64,000 nucleotides of DNA. Source: an uncultured bacterium (lineage in GTDB: Bacteria; Zhuqueibacterota; QNDG01; JAGLOF01). Positions 19,846-28,603 of this stretch are shown in pieces (within the stretch, counting starts at the first letter, position 1; each line of letters starts with the position of its first letter). Below the pieces are notes generated by a model. It was not told the DNA's origin and did no database searches. It was given only the letters and a program-made list of their open reading frames with translations. The translations under genes and the position numbers were made by a program. The stretch is taken from the NCBI GenBank assembly GCA_964621645.1, contig CAZUMH010000003.1, positions 14,485-78,484 on the forward strand, given 5' to 3'.

Positions 19846-20376
19846 TTATTCCTTAGTGTTGAATTTTATATTTTTCAGGCCGTCCCAGCGGGAATCATTA
19901 TCTTTACCGCTGCAGCGACAGCTGGTCTTATTTAAATTGACTCCACACCGCTGGCAAAGCCCCCTGCATTCCAGCCGGCAAAGAGGCGTGGAGGGCAAAG
20001 AAAGAACGATCGCATCCCAGACATCCTGGCTGATGTCCAATGCATCCGCTTCGGGCGAGATATACCGAATCTCGCTCTCTTCTCCACCTTCCTCACACTC
20101 CTCCCGATCGGTGGTGAAGTAAGTCTGTACCGTGCCCTCGATGCGGCCGGGGAATTCACTGCCACAGCGACCACAGAAAAAAATCACCTCTCCTCTGACT
20201 ACGGTATCGGCCAGAAAACCGTTGTCAAGAGCGGTAATATCACAAACCACTGAAAGCGGCTCGTGACAAACCGCAATCCCGGAAATCGGTTCATCCGGGC
20301 ATGTATATTTCAGATTAAATGATACCCTTTCCTTATTGATGGAGGAAAAGGGTATCTGCAATACTTCTTGTTTCAC
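19846..20376 (-). CDS. yceD: YceD/DUF177 family protein (23S rRNA accumulation protein)
   Basis: The 176-aa acidic product has a C-terminal CxxC..CxxC. It occupies the canonical position upstream of rpmF. Confidence 0.8.
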   Translation of the reverse strand: MKQEVLQIPFSSINKERVSFNLKYTCPDEPISGIAVCHEPLSVVCDITALDNGFLADTVVRGEVIFFCGRCGSEFPGRIEGTVQTYFTTDREECEEGGEESEIRYISPEADALDISQDVWDAIVLSLPSTPLCRLECRGLCQRCGVNLNKTSCRCSGKDNDSRWDGLKNIKFNTKE

Positions 20377-20540
20377 TTTACTACCATTCTCCGCGTCCTG
20401 AGATCCCGCCCCGGTTGTTCAAGATCCGGACGCGTTATCCGCAGCCGGGGCCCTCTTTGCCTTAAAACCGCCGGCAGCTGGTTTAATAGCTCCAAGAACG
20501 CTAAAGGTAGCCATTTCTGTAGAATAAATCAAGCAAAAAC

Positions 20541-21983
20541 CTAATCCTGCTCAGGTGGCTCCGGAGCCTTGGATATCTCCAAACGAAGCTGACAGCGCAG
20601 ACAACGGCTGGATTCATCTACTGCGGTATCCTCTTCAAAGCAAAAATCCACCTGGTGGAATCCCTTGAGCCGTTCTTTTACCGGCAGCGTCTTGCGAATG
20701 GCCCGTTTAAGGATGGCAAAGGACTCCTTGCTTCCGATACAGGGGTTGTCGTTCTCCCGAGGCACCAGTATCTGATCAATAATACCATCCCCGCCCAGGT
20801 AACGGTCGATGCTCGCGGCGGCCCTGCGGCCCGCTGAAATGGCCTTAATCACCGAGGCCGGGCCGCTTACCACGTCCCCACCGGCAAATACACCGTCCCG
20901 GGAAGTCATCATAGTGCCCTTGTCAACCGGGATACTGCCCCATTTGTCGGTCTCAACATCGAATTTTTCTGGAACGACATGATTCTGACCGATGGCTACG
21001 ACCAGTTTATCAGCGGGAATGACAAACTCACTCCCTTCAATGGGGATGGGTCTGCGGCGTCCGCTTTCATCAGGTGGTCCTAGTTCCATGCGGATACAGG
21101 TTATATTGAGGTGATCCTTGGCGGGATCTACTTTGACCGGATTCACCAGGAAATTGAAATGCACCCCTTCATTATAGGCTTCCTCAATCTCCTCCGGATC
21201 AGCAGGGGCCTGTTCCCTGGCCCGCCGATAGAGGATGTGGACCTCGTCGGCACCCACTCGGAGAGCGGTTCGGGCTACATCCATAGCTACGTTACCTCCG
21301 CCCACTACGCAAATCTTTCCAGTGAGCCCCATGTCATTGCCATGGCTGATTCCGTTGAGCACGAAGATACCGTCCATCACCCGGGGATCATCATCTCCGG
21401 GAATTTTCATTGAACTGCCCACCGGAGCTCCCAGGCCCAGGAAGACAGCGTTATAGCCGTTATTGAAAAGAGGATCGAGATCTTCCACCTTTTTTTCCGT
21501 GTGTATTTCCACACCCAAATTCTCAATCTCTTCTATCTCGCTGTTCAGCACCTCGATAGGTAGTCGGTAGCGGGGAATGCCCGAGAACATCATACCGCCA
21601 CAGTTTTTTAACGACTCATACACTGTGATCTGATGTCCCTTGAGGCGCAGGTACCAGGCCGCTGTCAACCCTGCGGGGCCGCCTCCGATAATGGCCACTT
21701 TCTTACCAGTGTCAGGAGCGACATTCAGTTTCTTACGCCAGCTTTTATCATCTTGTTCGGCCACAAAACGTTTTATATCCCTGATGGCTATAGAGCCACC
21801 CAGATCCTGACGGCGGCAGGCAGCTTCGCAGGGATGGTCACAGACCAATCCCAGCGAATGCGGAAAAGGAACCGTTTCCCGGACCACTTCCAGCGATTCC
21901 TGGTAACGTCCCTCCGCGGCCAGCTGTACATAGCGGGGGATGTCGATGTGAGCCGGACAGGTATAGCGACAGGGAACCAGCAC
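20541..21983 (-). CDS. GltD/NfnB/SudA-family NAD(P)H-dependent FAD oxidoreductase with partial N-terminal FeS motif
   Basis: The FAD site VAIIGGGPAGLTAAWYL and NAD(P)H site ICVVGGGNVAMDVAR are present. The N-terminus reads CRYTCPAHIDIP..GLVCDHPCEAAC. It has a GTG start in frame with, and 21 nt after, the upstream gene. Confidence 0.8.
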   Translation of the reverse strand: MLVPCRYTCPAHIDIPRYVQLAAEGRYQESLEVVRETVPFPHSLGLVCDHPCEAACRRQDLGGSIAIRDIKRFVAEQDDKSWRKKLNVAPDTGKKVAIIGGGPAGLTAAWYLRLKGHQITVYESLKNCGGMMFSGIPRYRLPIEVLNSEIEEIENLGVEIHTEKKVEDLDPLFNNGYNAVFLGLGAPVGSSMKIPGDDDPRVMDGIFVLNGISHGNDMGLTGKICVVGGGNVAMDVARTALRVGADEVHILYRRAREQAPADPEEIEEAYNEGVHFNFLVNPVKVDPAKDHLNITCIRMELGPPDESGRRRPIPIEGSEFVIPADKLVVAIGQNHVVPEKFDVETDKWGSIPVDKGTMMTSRDGVFAGGDVVSGPASVIKAISAGRRAAASIDRYLGGDGIIDQILVPRENDNPCIGSKESFAILKRAIRKTLPVKERLKGFHQVDFCFEEDTAVDESSRCLRCQLRLEISKAPEPPEQD

Positions 21984-22010
21984 TTCTTCGGGATCATCCG
22001 GATTTACGGG

Positions 22011-22628
22011 CTACTTCTCCTGCATCCCACCCGAGGGGCAGACCTCAACACAGGCGCCGCAGTACTTGCAGAGAGCATCGGCATAGGAATCTCCAAAGGG
22101 AGGCCCTATCTCGGACCGATAACCACGATTAATGAATCCCAGCGTGCCCACGCCCCTCACTTCCTGACAGACAGCGACACAACGACCGCAAAGGATACAT
22201 TTATTCATGTCCCGCACGAAGAGAGGATCATCAGCGAGAACCGGCAGATCCCTCGATTTGGGCGCGTAATTGGCCAGGATTTCATCAACGCCGCAGTATT
22301 CCACCACCTTCATGAGCTGGGTATCCTTGGGCTGATCCGGGGGTAGTTCACTCAGGGTCAGCCAGATGAGCCGGCGGCGCAGTGACTGCAGCTCTTCTGT
22401 TTTCGTCTGTACCACCATCCCCTCTTTGGCCTGAGTAGCACAGGCCACAGGCAGCCCGCGCATGCCTTCGATCTGAACGACGCAGAGCCTGCAGGTGGTC
22501 AGTGGCGGCAGATCTGGGTGGTAGCAGAGGTTAGGGATATAAATCCCATTGGCCAGGGCGGCCTCCAATACTGTCTGGCCTTCCTCTACGGTAATCTTCT
22601 TATTATCTATGGTGAGATGTATACTCAT
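22011..22628 (-). CDS. NuoG/HydA N-terminal-like FeS protein ([2Fe-2S] + His-type [4Fe-4S] + [4Fe-4S])
   Basis: The product reads MSIHLTIDNKKITV..CYHPDL..C..C (2Fe-2S), then CILCGRCVAVC and CKYCGACVEVCP. The ATG at 22628 has a GAGGAAG RBS. The track ORF is over-extended. Confidence 0.8.
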   Translation of the reverse strand: MSIHLTIDNKKITVEEGQTVLEAALANGIYIPNLCYHPDLPPLTTCRLCVVQIEGMRGLPVACATQAKEGMVVQTKTEELQSLRRRLIWLTLSELPPDQPKDTQLMKVVEYCGVDEILANYAPKSRDLPVLADDPLFVRDMNKCILCGRCVAVCQEVRGVGTLGFINRGYRSEIGPPFGDSYADALCKYCGACVEVCPSGGMQEK

Positions 22629-22638
22629 AGCTTCCTCT

Positions 22639-24438
22639 TCATTCAACAGTGATGGCATCGAATCGACAGGCTTCCTTACAGGCGCCGCAGCGGGTGCAGA
22701 TATCCTGATCAATGATGTGCGCCTCTTTCTTTTCTCCGGAAATCGCTTCAACCGGACAATTCCTGGCGCAAAGGGTACAACCGGTGCATTTTTCCGGATC
22801 TATTGTGAACGTGATAAGGGCCTTGCATACTCCTGCCGGGCAGCGTTTCTCATTGACATGAGCTTCATACTCATCCCGGAAATAGCGCAGGGTGGTCAGC
22901 ACTGGATTTGGTGCTGTGTTACCGAGTCCGCAAAGCGCCGTTTTCTTGATCAAATCGGCCAGGGATTCCAGGCCTTCGACATCACCCGGCTCACCGTTTC
23001 CGCTGGTAATCTTTTCCAGCAGTTCCTTCATACGGACCAATCCGACCCGGCAGGGTGTACACTTGCCGCAGGATTCATCCACCAGGAAGTTGATGAAGTA
23101 AAGAGCGATATCAACCATACAGGTCTCTTCATCCATGACGATGAGACCGCCAGAGCCCATGATGGCGCCTGCTTCGGTCAGTTTCTCATAATCCACCGGA
23201 AGATCAAGCAGGCTGGCCGGCACGCATCCCCCCGAGGGACCGCCTGACTGTACCGCTTTGAATTTTTTCCCGCCGGGAATACCGCCGCCGATTCCGTAGA
23301 TGATCTGACGCAGCGGGATGCCCATGGGAACCTCAACCAGACCGGAATTGTTGATTTTACCGACCAAAGAGAACACCTTGGTCCCCTTGCTCTTCTCCGT
23401 ACCCAGGGTAGCATACCAGGCGCCGCTCCGCTGAATGATAATCGGCACGTTGGCCCAGGTCTCCACGTTGTTAATATTGGTGGGCTTGCCCCAGAGTCCC
23501 TTTTCAGCCGGATAGGGAGGACGGGCGCTGGGGCGTCCCGGTCTACCTTCGATGCTGGCCATAAGCGCCGTTTCCTCACCGCAGACGAAGGCTCCACCAC
23601 CGCGGATGACTTCCACCTCGAAGCTGAATCCGGTGTCAAGGATATTCTCTCCCAGAAGTCCGTAATCAGTTGCCTGTTCAATGGCGTTCTTGATCCTTCT
23701 CACCGCCAGCGGATATTCATCCCGTACGTATATAAAACCCTTGCTGGCTCCTATCGCCTTGGCCCCGATGGTCATTCCCTCCAGAACGGCATGGGGATCA
23801 GCCTCGAGAATTGAACGATCCATATAGGCCCCGGGATCGCCCTCATCGGCGTTGCAGATGAGATATTTAACATCGCCCGGAGACTTCTTGCAGAGTGCCC
23901 ACTTAATTGCCGTGGGGAAACCTCCTCCTCCCCGTCCCCGCAGACCGGAGATCTTGATCTCTTCGATGATTTCCTCCGGGGACATACCGGTCAGGGCTTT
24001 AGCCAGCGCCTGATACCCGTCAAATGCGATATACTCATCAATCTTCTCCGGATCCATCCGGCCCCGGTTGCGAAGCACCACCAGCATCTGGTGCTTGAAG
24101 AAATCTATGTCCATCAGCTTGGGTATTTCTTTCTTGGCATCCTCCGGCACATACATGCATTTTTTATAGGGACGCCCTTTGAGAAAATGTTCCTCCACCA
24201 GGAGGGGAATGTCCTTCTCGCTGAGTTCCTGATAAAACACATCTTCAGGCTGTACAATAGCGATCGGTCCTCTCTCGCAAAATCCCTGACAGCCGGTGGC
24301 GATTATCTGCACTTCCTCTTCCAGTCCCCGCTTCTTGATCTCCTGCTCGAAGGCATCTTTGATAAGCATGGACCTGTTGGAAACGCAGCCCGTCCCGGCG
24401 CATACCAGCACATGAGTCCTGTATTTTCTTGAATCCAC
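22639..24438 (-). CDS. NuoF/HydB-like NADH-binding FMN FeS flavoprotein with N-terminal Trx-like [2Fe-2S] and C-terminal 2x[4Fe-4S] domains
   Basis: The motif GLRGRGGGGFPT, an FMN/NADH site and CGKCTPCR are present, plus two C-terminal ferredoxin motifs. Size is 599 aa. Confidence 0.9.
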   Translation of the reverse strand: MDSRKYRTHVLVCAGTGCVSNRSMLIKDAFEQEIKKRGLEEEVQIIATGCQGFCERGPIAIVQPEDVFYQELSEKDIPLLVEEHFLKGRPYKKCMYVPEDAKKEIPKLMDIDFFKHQMLVVLRNRGRMDPEKIDEYIAFDGYQALAKALTGMSPEEIIEEIKISGLRGRGGGGFPTAIKWALCKKSPGDVKYLICNADEGDPGAYMDRSILEADPHAVLEGMTIGAKAIGASKGFIYVRDEYPLAVRRIKNAIEQATDYGLLGENILDTGFSFEVEVIRGGGAFVCGEETALMASIEGRPGRPSARPPYPAEKGLWGKPTNINNVETWANVPIIIQRSGAWYATLGTEKSKGTKVFSLVGKINNSGLVEVPMGIPLRQIIYGIGGGIPGGKKFKAVQSGGPSGGCVPASLLDLPVDYEKLTEAGAIMGSGGLIVMDEETCMVDIALYFINFLVDESCGKCTPCRVGLVRMKELLEKITSGNGEPGDVEGLESLADLIKKTALCGLGNTAPNPVLTTLRYFRDEYEAHVNEKRCPAGVCKALITFTIDPEKCTGCTLCARNCPVEAISGEKKEAHIIDQDICTRCGACKEACRFDAITVE

Positions 24439-24446
24439 TGTAACTC

Positions 24447-24893
24447 CTATTGATATTTTTCCAGAACCTTGCCAATATCCTTCTGGGTCAATTTACCATG
24501 AAAATTCTCGTCGATAACCATGACCGGCGCCAATCCGCAGCATCCTACGCATCTCACTTCTTCAAGGGTAAAGCGTTCATCCGCAGTGGTTTCTCCGTTC
24601 CTGATTCCCAGATCACGCTCGAGCTTCTCCACCAGTTTGGCAGCGCCGCGTACGTGACAGGCGGTGCCGGTGCACACATTAATGGTGTGCCGGCCCCTGG
24701 GTGTCAGGCTGAAGGCCTTATAAAAAGTAGCCAGGCTGTAGAGGCGGGAGAGAGGGACACTCACTTCGGCGGCCACGATCTTCAGCGCCTCCTTGGGCAG
24801 ATATCCTTTTTCCTTCTGAATATCCTGAAGCATGGCAATTAAGCTGCGCTCACGTTTGTTATATCTTTCCACTATTTGTTTTACTGACTTCAA
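24447..24893 (-). CDS. NuoE/HydC-like [2Fe-2S] thioredoxin-fold protein
   Basis: The NuoE-type cluster motifs C..CTGTACHVRGA..VRCVGCCGLAP are present. Size is 148 aa. Confidence 0.9.
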   Translation of the reverse strand: MKSVKQIVERYNKRERSLIAMLQDIQKEKGYLPKEALKIVAAEVSVPLSRLYSLATFYKAFSLTPRGRHTINVCTGTACHVRGAAKLVEKLERDLGIRNGETTADERFTLEEVRCVGCCGLAPVMVIDENFHGKLTQKDIGKVLEKYQ

Positions 24894-24914
24894 TAAAAAC
24901 CTCCCTTTTTATAA

Positions 24915-25457
24915 TCAATCTATTTGAATCTTGCGCAAATCGTTCAGTTCCCGCCGCACAAATTTTATCACGGCCGGAGTACTGCGAACTGCTTCTCCAT
25001 ACTCTTCTTCTATACGGGATGAGTGCCAGCTGAATTCTTCTCTTTCCCCATGATAGTTTATCTGAAATTCCGTCTGGGGATGGGCGGTCAGCAGCACGAT
25101 CATCATCTCGACAAGATCGCCCAAAGGCTGGCGGTCGATATGATTGCTGTGAAAAACCGCCTCAACACTGGTTCCCTGGTCCGGGATTGAGTGTATGGTC
25201 AAATCACCGCCTGTTTTCCTGGCCGCCTCCTTCATCATGGAAAGGCCCAGTCCCACTCTCTTTTTATCCTTTGTGGTTATAAAGGGATCGAGGACGGCCC
25301 GTTGCATATCTTCATCCATGCCTCGGCCATTGTCCAGAATCTGAATCGCAAGAGTAGAGTCTTCCTTTTCCTCACTCAGATCGATTACCACAAGATCGGC
25401 TCCGGCTCTCACCGAATTTTCCACGATATCGATGATATGGAGCGATATTTCAATCAT
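24915..25457 (-). CDS. GHKL/histidine-kinase-like ATPase domain protein (no sensor or DHp domain)
   Basis: The HATPase_c-like motif ILDNGRGMDED...GLGLSMM is present. Proteins of this type recur in HydABC-type operons. Confidence 0.65.
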   Translation of the reverse strand: MIEISLHIIDIVENSVRAGADLVVIDLSEEKEDSTLAIQILDNGRGMDEDMQRAVLDPFITTKDKKRVGLGLSMMKEAARKTGGDLTIHSIPDQGTSVEAVFHSNHIDRQPLGDLVEMMIVLLTAHPQTEFQINYHGEREEFSWHSSRIEEEYGEAVRSTPAVIKFVRRELNDLRKIQID

Positions 25458-26209
25458 GCCGTCTTCATCCGTGAAACCACTTTTCTGCCTTCCTGGTTTT
25501 TCAAGGCAAGCCGCATCTCAGCGGTGGTCATCTCGGCAACCGTCCATTCGGTCCAGACCCGGCCAATATCATCGAGTCGGTGGGCATCCGACGACCGGAT
25601 CAGGGGAAAGTCTGCGGCGCCAGGGAGCTTCTTTACCTCTTCCAGATCTCCCCGGGGAGAAACTTCAAGCGCGTCAAGAGCCAATCCTTCCGGAATAAAT
25701 CCCAGCTGGCTGATAAGGCTGTAACTGCCCCGGTCGACGTGTGAGGCCACTGCCAGACCGTTCAGAGCGTGAATATGACCGACCACTTCTTCCACCGTCA
25801 GTGTCGTCCCTCCGATGAGAAGCCGGTATTCAAAATACTCCACCTCGTCGTTCTCGTTTGCCACTACCTGCATGCCAAAGAGCTCATCATCATTGCGTCC
25901 GGGCAAAAGATGATTATATACGGTATCCTGCAGAGTCAGGACCTCTGCGGCCCTGTCAAACAGTGCCAGGATATGGACTTCCTCGGCGGTGCTCACTTCC
26001 ATGCCTGCCAGAATCCTGGGCCCCTCATCGCCCGCGGCGGCCGATACTCCCGCCACGTTCTTGGCGCTGTTGTGATCACTGACAGCGACGGTATCAAGCT
26101 TTTCCCGTCGGCAGCGCTCCACAATTTTCATTGGGGTCATCTCCAACTCGCCGCAGGGGGAAAGGCAGGTATGCAGATGCAGATCGGCCTTGAATACGCA
26201 AAGGCTCAT
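25454..26209 (-). CDS. PHP-domain metal-dependent phosphoesterase
   Basis: PHP motifs are present (DLHLHTCLSPCG; VAVSDHN; SDAH). Confidence 0.7.
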   Translation of the reverse strand: MSLCVFKADLHLHTCLSPCGELEMTPMKIVERCRREKLDTVAVSDHNSAKNVAGVSAAAGDEGPRILAGMEVSTAEEVHILALFDRAAEVLTLQDTVYNHLLPGRNDDELFGMQVVANENDEVEYFEYRLLIGGTTLTVEEVVGHIHALNGLAVASHVDRGSYSLISQLGFIPEGLALDALEVSPRGDLEEVKKLPGAADFPLIRSSDAHRLDDIGRVWTEWTVAEMTTAEMRLALKNQEGRKVVSRMKTA

Positions 26210-26553
26210 CCTTTCCGGCCGACCCCCAGATTGTAGAGACGTCCGGCTAATTCATAGGCGGAAAGATCCGAGGCCAGAAGAGGCACACCTTCCTTTTCCG
26301 CTTTCTCCCTGGTCTGATCCGCGGGCTGCTTACCGCCGATGATAACGATCCCGGCCAGTTCCTTGAGAGTCGCTACGGCCACGGTGTTTTCATGAACCTG
26401 CAGGGTAAGCCAAAGATCTCCTTTCCTGGAATTGGCGATCACGTCACTAAGCATGTCGCTTACATACCCGTTTTCCACTTCGGCATCAAGTTTGCCGGCA
26501 GCTGCTTCTACCGATAATTTCAGCTTTTCAACAATGTCCGCAAGTTTCATCAT
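26206..26553 (-). CDS. DRTGG domain protein
   Basis: The 115-aa product belongs to the small DRTGG family and is a paralog of 28271-28603. Confidence 0.55.
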   Translation of the reverse strand: MMKLADIVEKLKLSVEAAAGKLDAEVENGYVSDMLSDVIANSRKGDLWLTLQVHENTVAVATLKELAGIVIIGGKQPADQTREKAEKEGVPLLASDLSAYELAGRLYNLGVGRKG

Positions 26554-26559
26554 ATTTCC

Positions 26560-27819
26560 CTATTTATTCTGGGTCACGAACACGCAGTCTTCCAGTCGGG
26601 CCTCGCCCCTGACAATATCTCTGGCCAGGGTTTTGCAATCCGGGGCACCGCAGGCGCCGCACTCCTTGCCTCCCAGCTGGGGGATGAGTTCTTCGATTCG
26701 CTGCCTCTTTTTCAAGGCCTTAACCGGATCGGGGTCCAAAGGAGGCAGAGGATGGCGCTCCATCCCTTTCTCCAGAAAGAAGTAGTTCTCTTGATAGAGA
26801 CGCCGGATCACCTTGCGGCTCACCCGGCTGCGTTCCCCGAACATCTTCACCAGGTTTTCGGACCGCTTCTTGGCAATATGACGGTTTTCCACTACCTGGG
26901 GTCCACCGATGCAGCCGTCCGGGCAGACAAGGCACTCCAGATACTGGATATCCTTCAGTTTCCCCGCCTCCACATCATCCAGAATCTGAATGACATCGGA
27001 GACTCCCGAAACGGCCAGACAGTTATCCAGGTTGATCCCGTTAACCTCTCCTCCGGATTTACCCCAGCCGAGTCCAACGCCGCTTGACTGCTGCAGGATG
27101 ATATCTTCGTCCATGTCTTCAATGACCTCAAGAAGATCGGCGTAAATATCACTGATCGCTATGGCACCGTCAAGGGAAGATTTGGAAAGCCCGATGGGAT
27201 TATTGATCGACACCATCTTGGCCGAACAGGAGGTGATATGGATGATACCGATCTCCTCTTCTTTGAAGCCTTTCTCTTGCGCCAGCTTCTTGCGAAGATT
27301 CCTGGCCAGCACCTCTCTTGGAACATCGATAGGCATCATATTCTCCGCCAGCTCGGGATAGAGGAAGGAGACCAGCCGTACCACCGCCGGACAGACCGTG
27401 GAAATACGCGGCCGGGGACCTTTATCCTCTTTTAAAAAGATCTCGTAAGCGGCATTTACCTTCTCGCACACCCAGGCCAGATCAACAACGTAATCAAAGC
27501 CTATTTTGCGAAGAGCCAGCAATACCTGATTGGGCATTACCTCCCAGCCAAACTGGGTGTATAACACCGGCGAGGGGAGGGCCACTGTGTATTTAAACCG
27601 TTTCAAATCGGAAAATGAAGTCGTCTGGGGCACGACCGCTTCGTGGGGGCAGACCCGATAGCATTCCCCGCAATCAACGCAGCGCTCACTCAAAATAACC
27701 GCTTTCCCAGTGCGTACCCTAATGGCCTTGGTGGGACAGGCCTTCATACAGAGAACACACCCCACGCACTTATCTTCATCTATCGTAAGGGAGTGCAGTT
27801 TTTTAACCGGTTTATCCAT
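26560..27819 (-). CDS. [FeFe]-hydrogenase-like protein (HydS/HfsB-like, putative sensory/regulatory), N-terminal 2x[4Fe-4S], C-terminal extra Cys4
   Basis: H-cluster motif equivalents are P1 STVCP (TSCCP lacking the proton-relay Cys), P2 TSCSAKM (MPCxxK) and P3 ECLVCPDGCIGGPQ (ExMACxxGCxxGG). The C-terminus carries CGACGAPDC...C. Confidence 0.75.
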   Translation of the reverse strand: MDKPVKKLHSLTIDEDKCVGCVLCMKACPTKAIRVRTGKAVILSERCVDCGECYRVCPHEAVVPQTTSFSDLKRFKYTVALPSPVLYTQFGWEVMPNQVLLALRKIGFDYVVDLAWVCEKVNAAYEIFLKEDKGPRPRISTVCPAVVRLVSFLYPELAENMMPIDVPREVLARNLRKKLAQEKGFKEEEIGIIHITSCSAKMVSINNPIGLSKSSLDGAIAISDIYADLLEVIEDMDEDIILQQSSGVGLGWGKSGGEVNGINLDNCLAVSGVSDVIQILDDVEAGKLKDIQYLECLVCPDGCIGGPQVVENRHIAKKRSENLVKMFGERSRVSRKVIRRLYQENYFFLEKGMERHPLPPLDPDPVKALKKRQRIEELIPQLGGKECGACGAPDCKTLARDIVRGEARLEDCVFVTQNK

Positions 27820-28261
27820 TATTTACCGCTCTCTTGATATGAATTTCCAATCTGGTCCCTTTTCCGGCAGCGGTGTCTATCTTCAGCTCGTCGGAATTTC
27901 TCTTGATATTGGGCAGCCCCATCCCAGCGCCGAATCCCATCTCCCGCATTTCGTCGGTAGCGGTTGAGTATCCTTCCTGCATAGCTTTAGTCACATCCGG
28001 AATACCAGGACCTTTGTCCTCTACGATGAGGATAACATCCTCGGGATTGACTCGAAGCGTCACTTTACCCCCGCCACCATACATGACCACATTCATCTCC
28101 GCTTCGTAGGAAGCCACTGCCACCCGCCGGATAACCGAAGAGTCGAATCCCACCTCTTTAAGGATATTCTTGATCTGTACGGAAGCTTCTCCGGCACTGG
28201 CAAAGTCGTTTCCTTTTATCTGGAATGACTTCTGGAAAAGAACCTGTTCACTCATGCTCAT
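27812..28261 (-). CDS. GHKL/anti-sigma-factor-like ATPase domain protein
   Basis: The HATPase_c-like motif IVEDKGPGIPD...GFGAGMGL is present. Size is 149 aa. Confidence 0.6.
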   Translation of the reverse strand: MSMSEQVLFQKSFQIKGNDFASAGEASVQIKNILKEVGFDSSVIRRVAVASYEAEMNVVMYGGGGKVTLRVNPEDVILIVEDKGPGIPDVTKAMQEGYSTATDEMREMGFGAGMGLPNIKRNSDELKIDTAAGKGTRLEIHIKRAVNNG

Positions 28262-28270
28262 CTTTCCATT

Positions 28271-28603
28271 TCATTTCAGATGGGAGTAGAGAATCCCGCA
28301 GACTTCAAACATGCTCAGATCCGTTGCCAAAAGAGGAAAACCGCGATTTTCCGCAAGTTTAATGGTCTCCTCGCTGGGCACTTTTCCCCGCACATAGACA
28401 ATGGCACCCAGGTCGACTACTTCTGCGGTACGCACCGTCTGAGCGTTAACCAGTCCGGTAACGAGAATATCTCCGCGTCTGCTGGAGCTGAGAACATCGC
28501 TCATCAGATCGGATGCCTTGATATAGGAAACCTCCATATCGAAGTCTACCGAGTCTGTCAGGGCCCGGGCCTGGATTAGCTCCTTGATAGTTGCCAGTTT
28601 CAC
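28271..28603 (-). CDS. DRTGG domain protein
   Basis: The 110-aa product is a paralog of 26206-26553. Confidence 0.55.
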   Translation of the reverse strand: MKLATIKELIQARALTDSVDFDMEVSYIKASDLMSDVLSSSRRGDILVTGLVNAQTVRTAEVVDLGAIVYVRGKVPSEETIKLAENRGFPLLATDLSMFEVCGILYSHLK

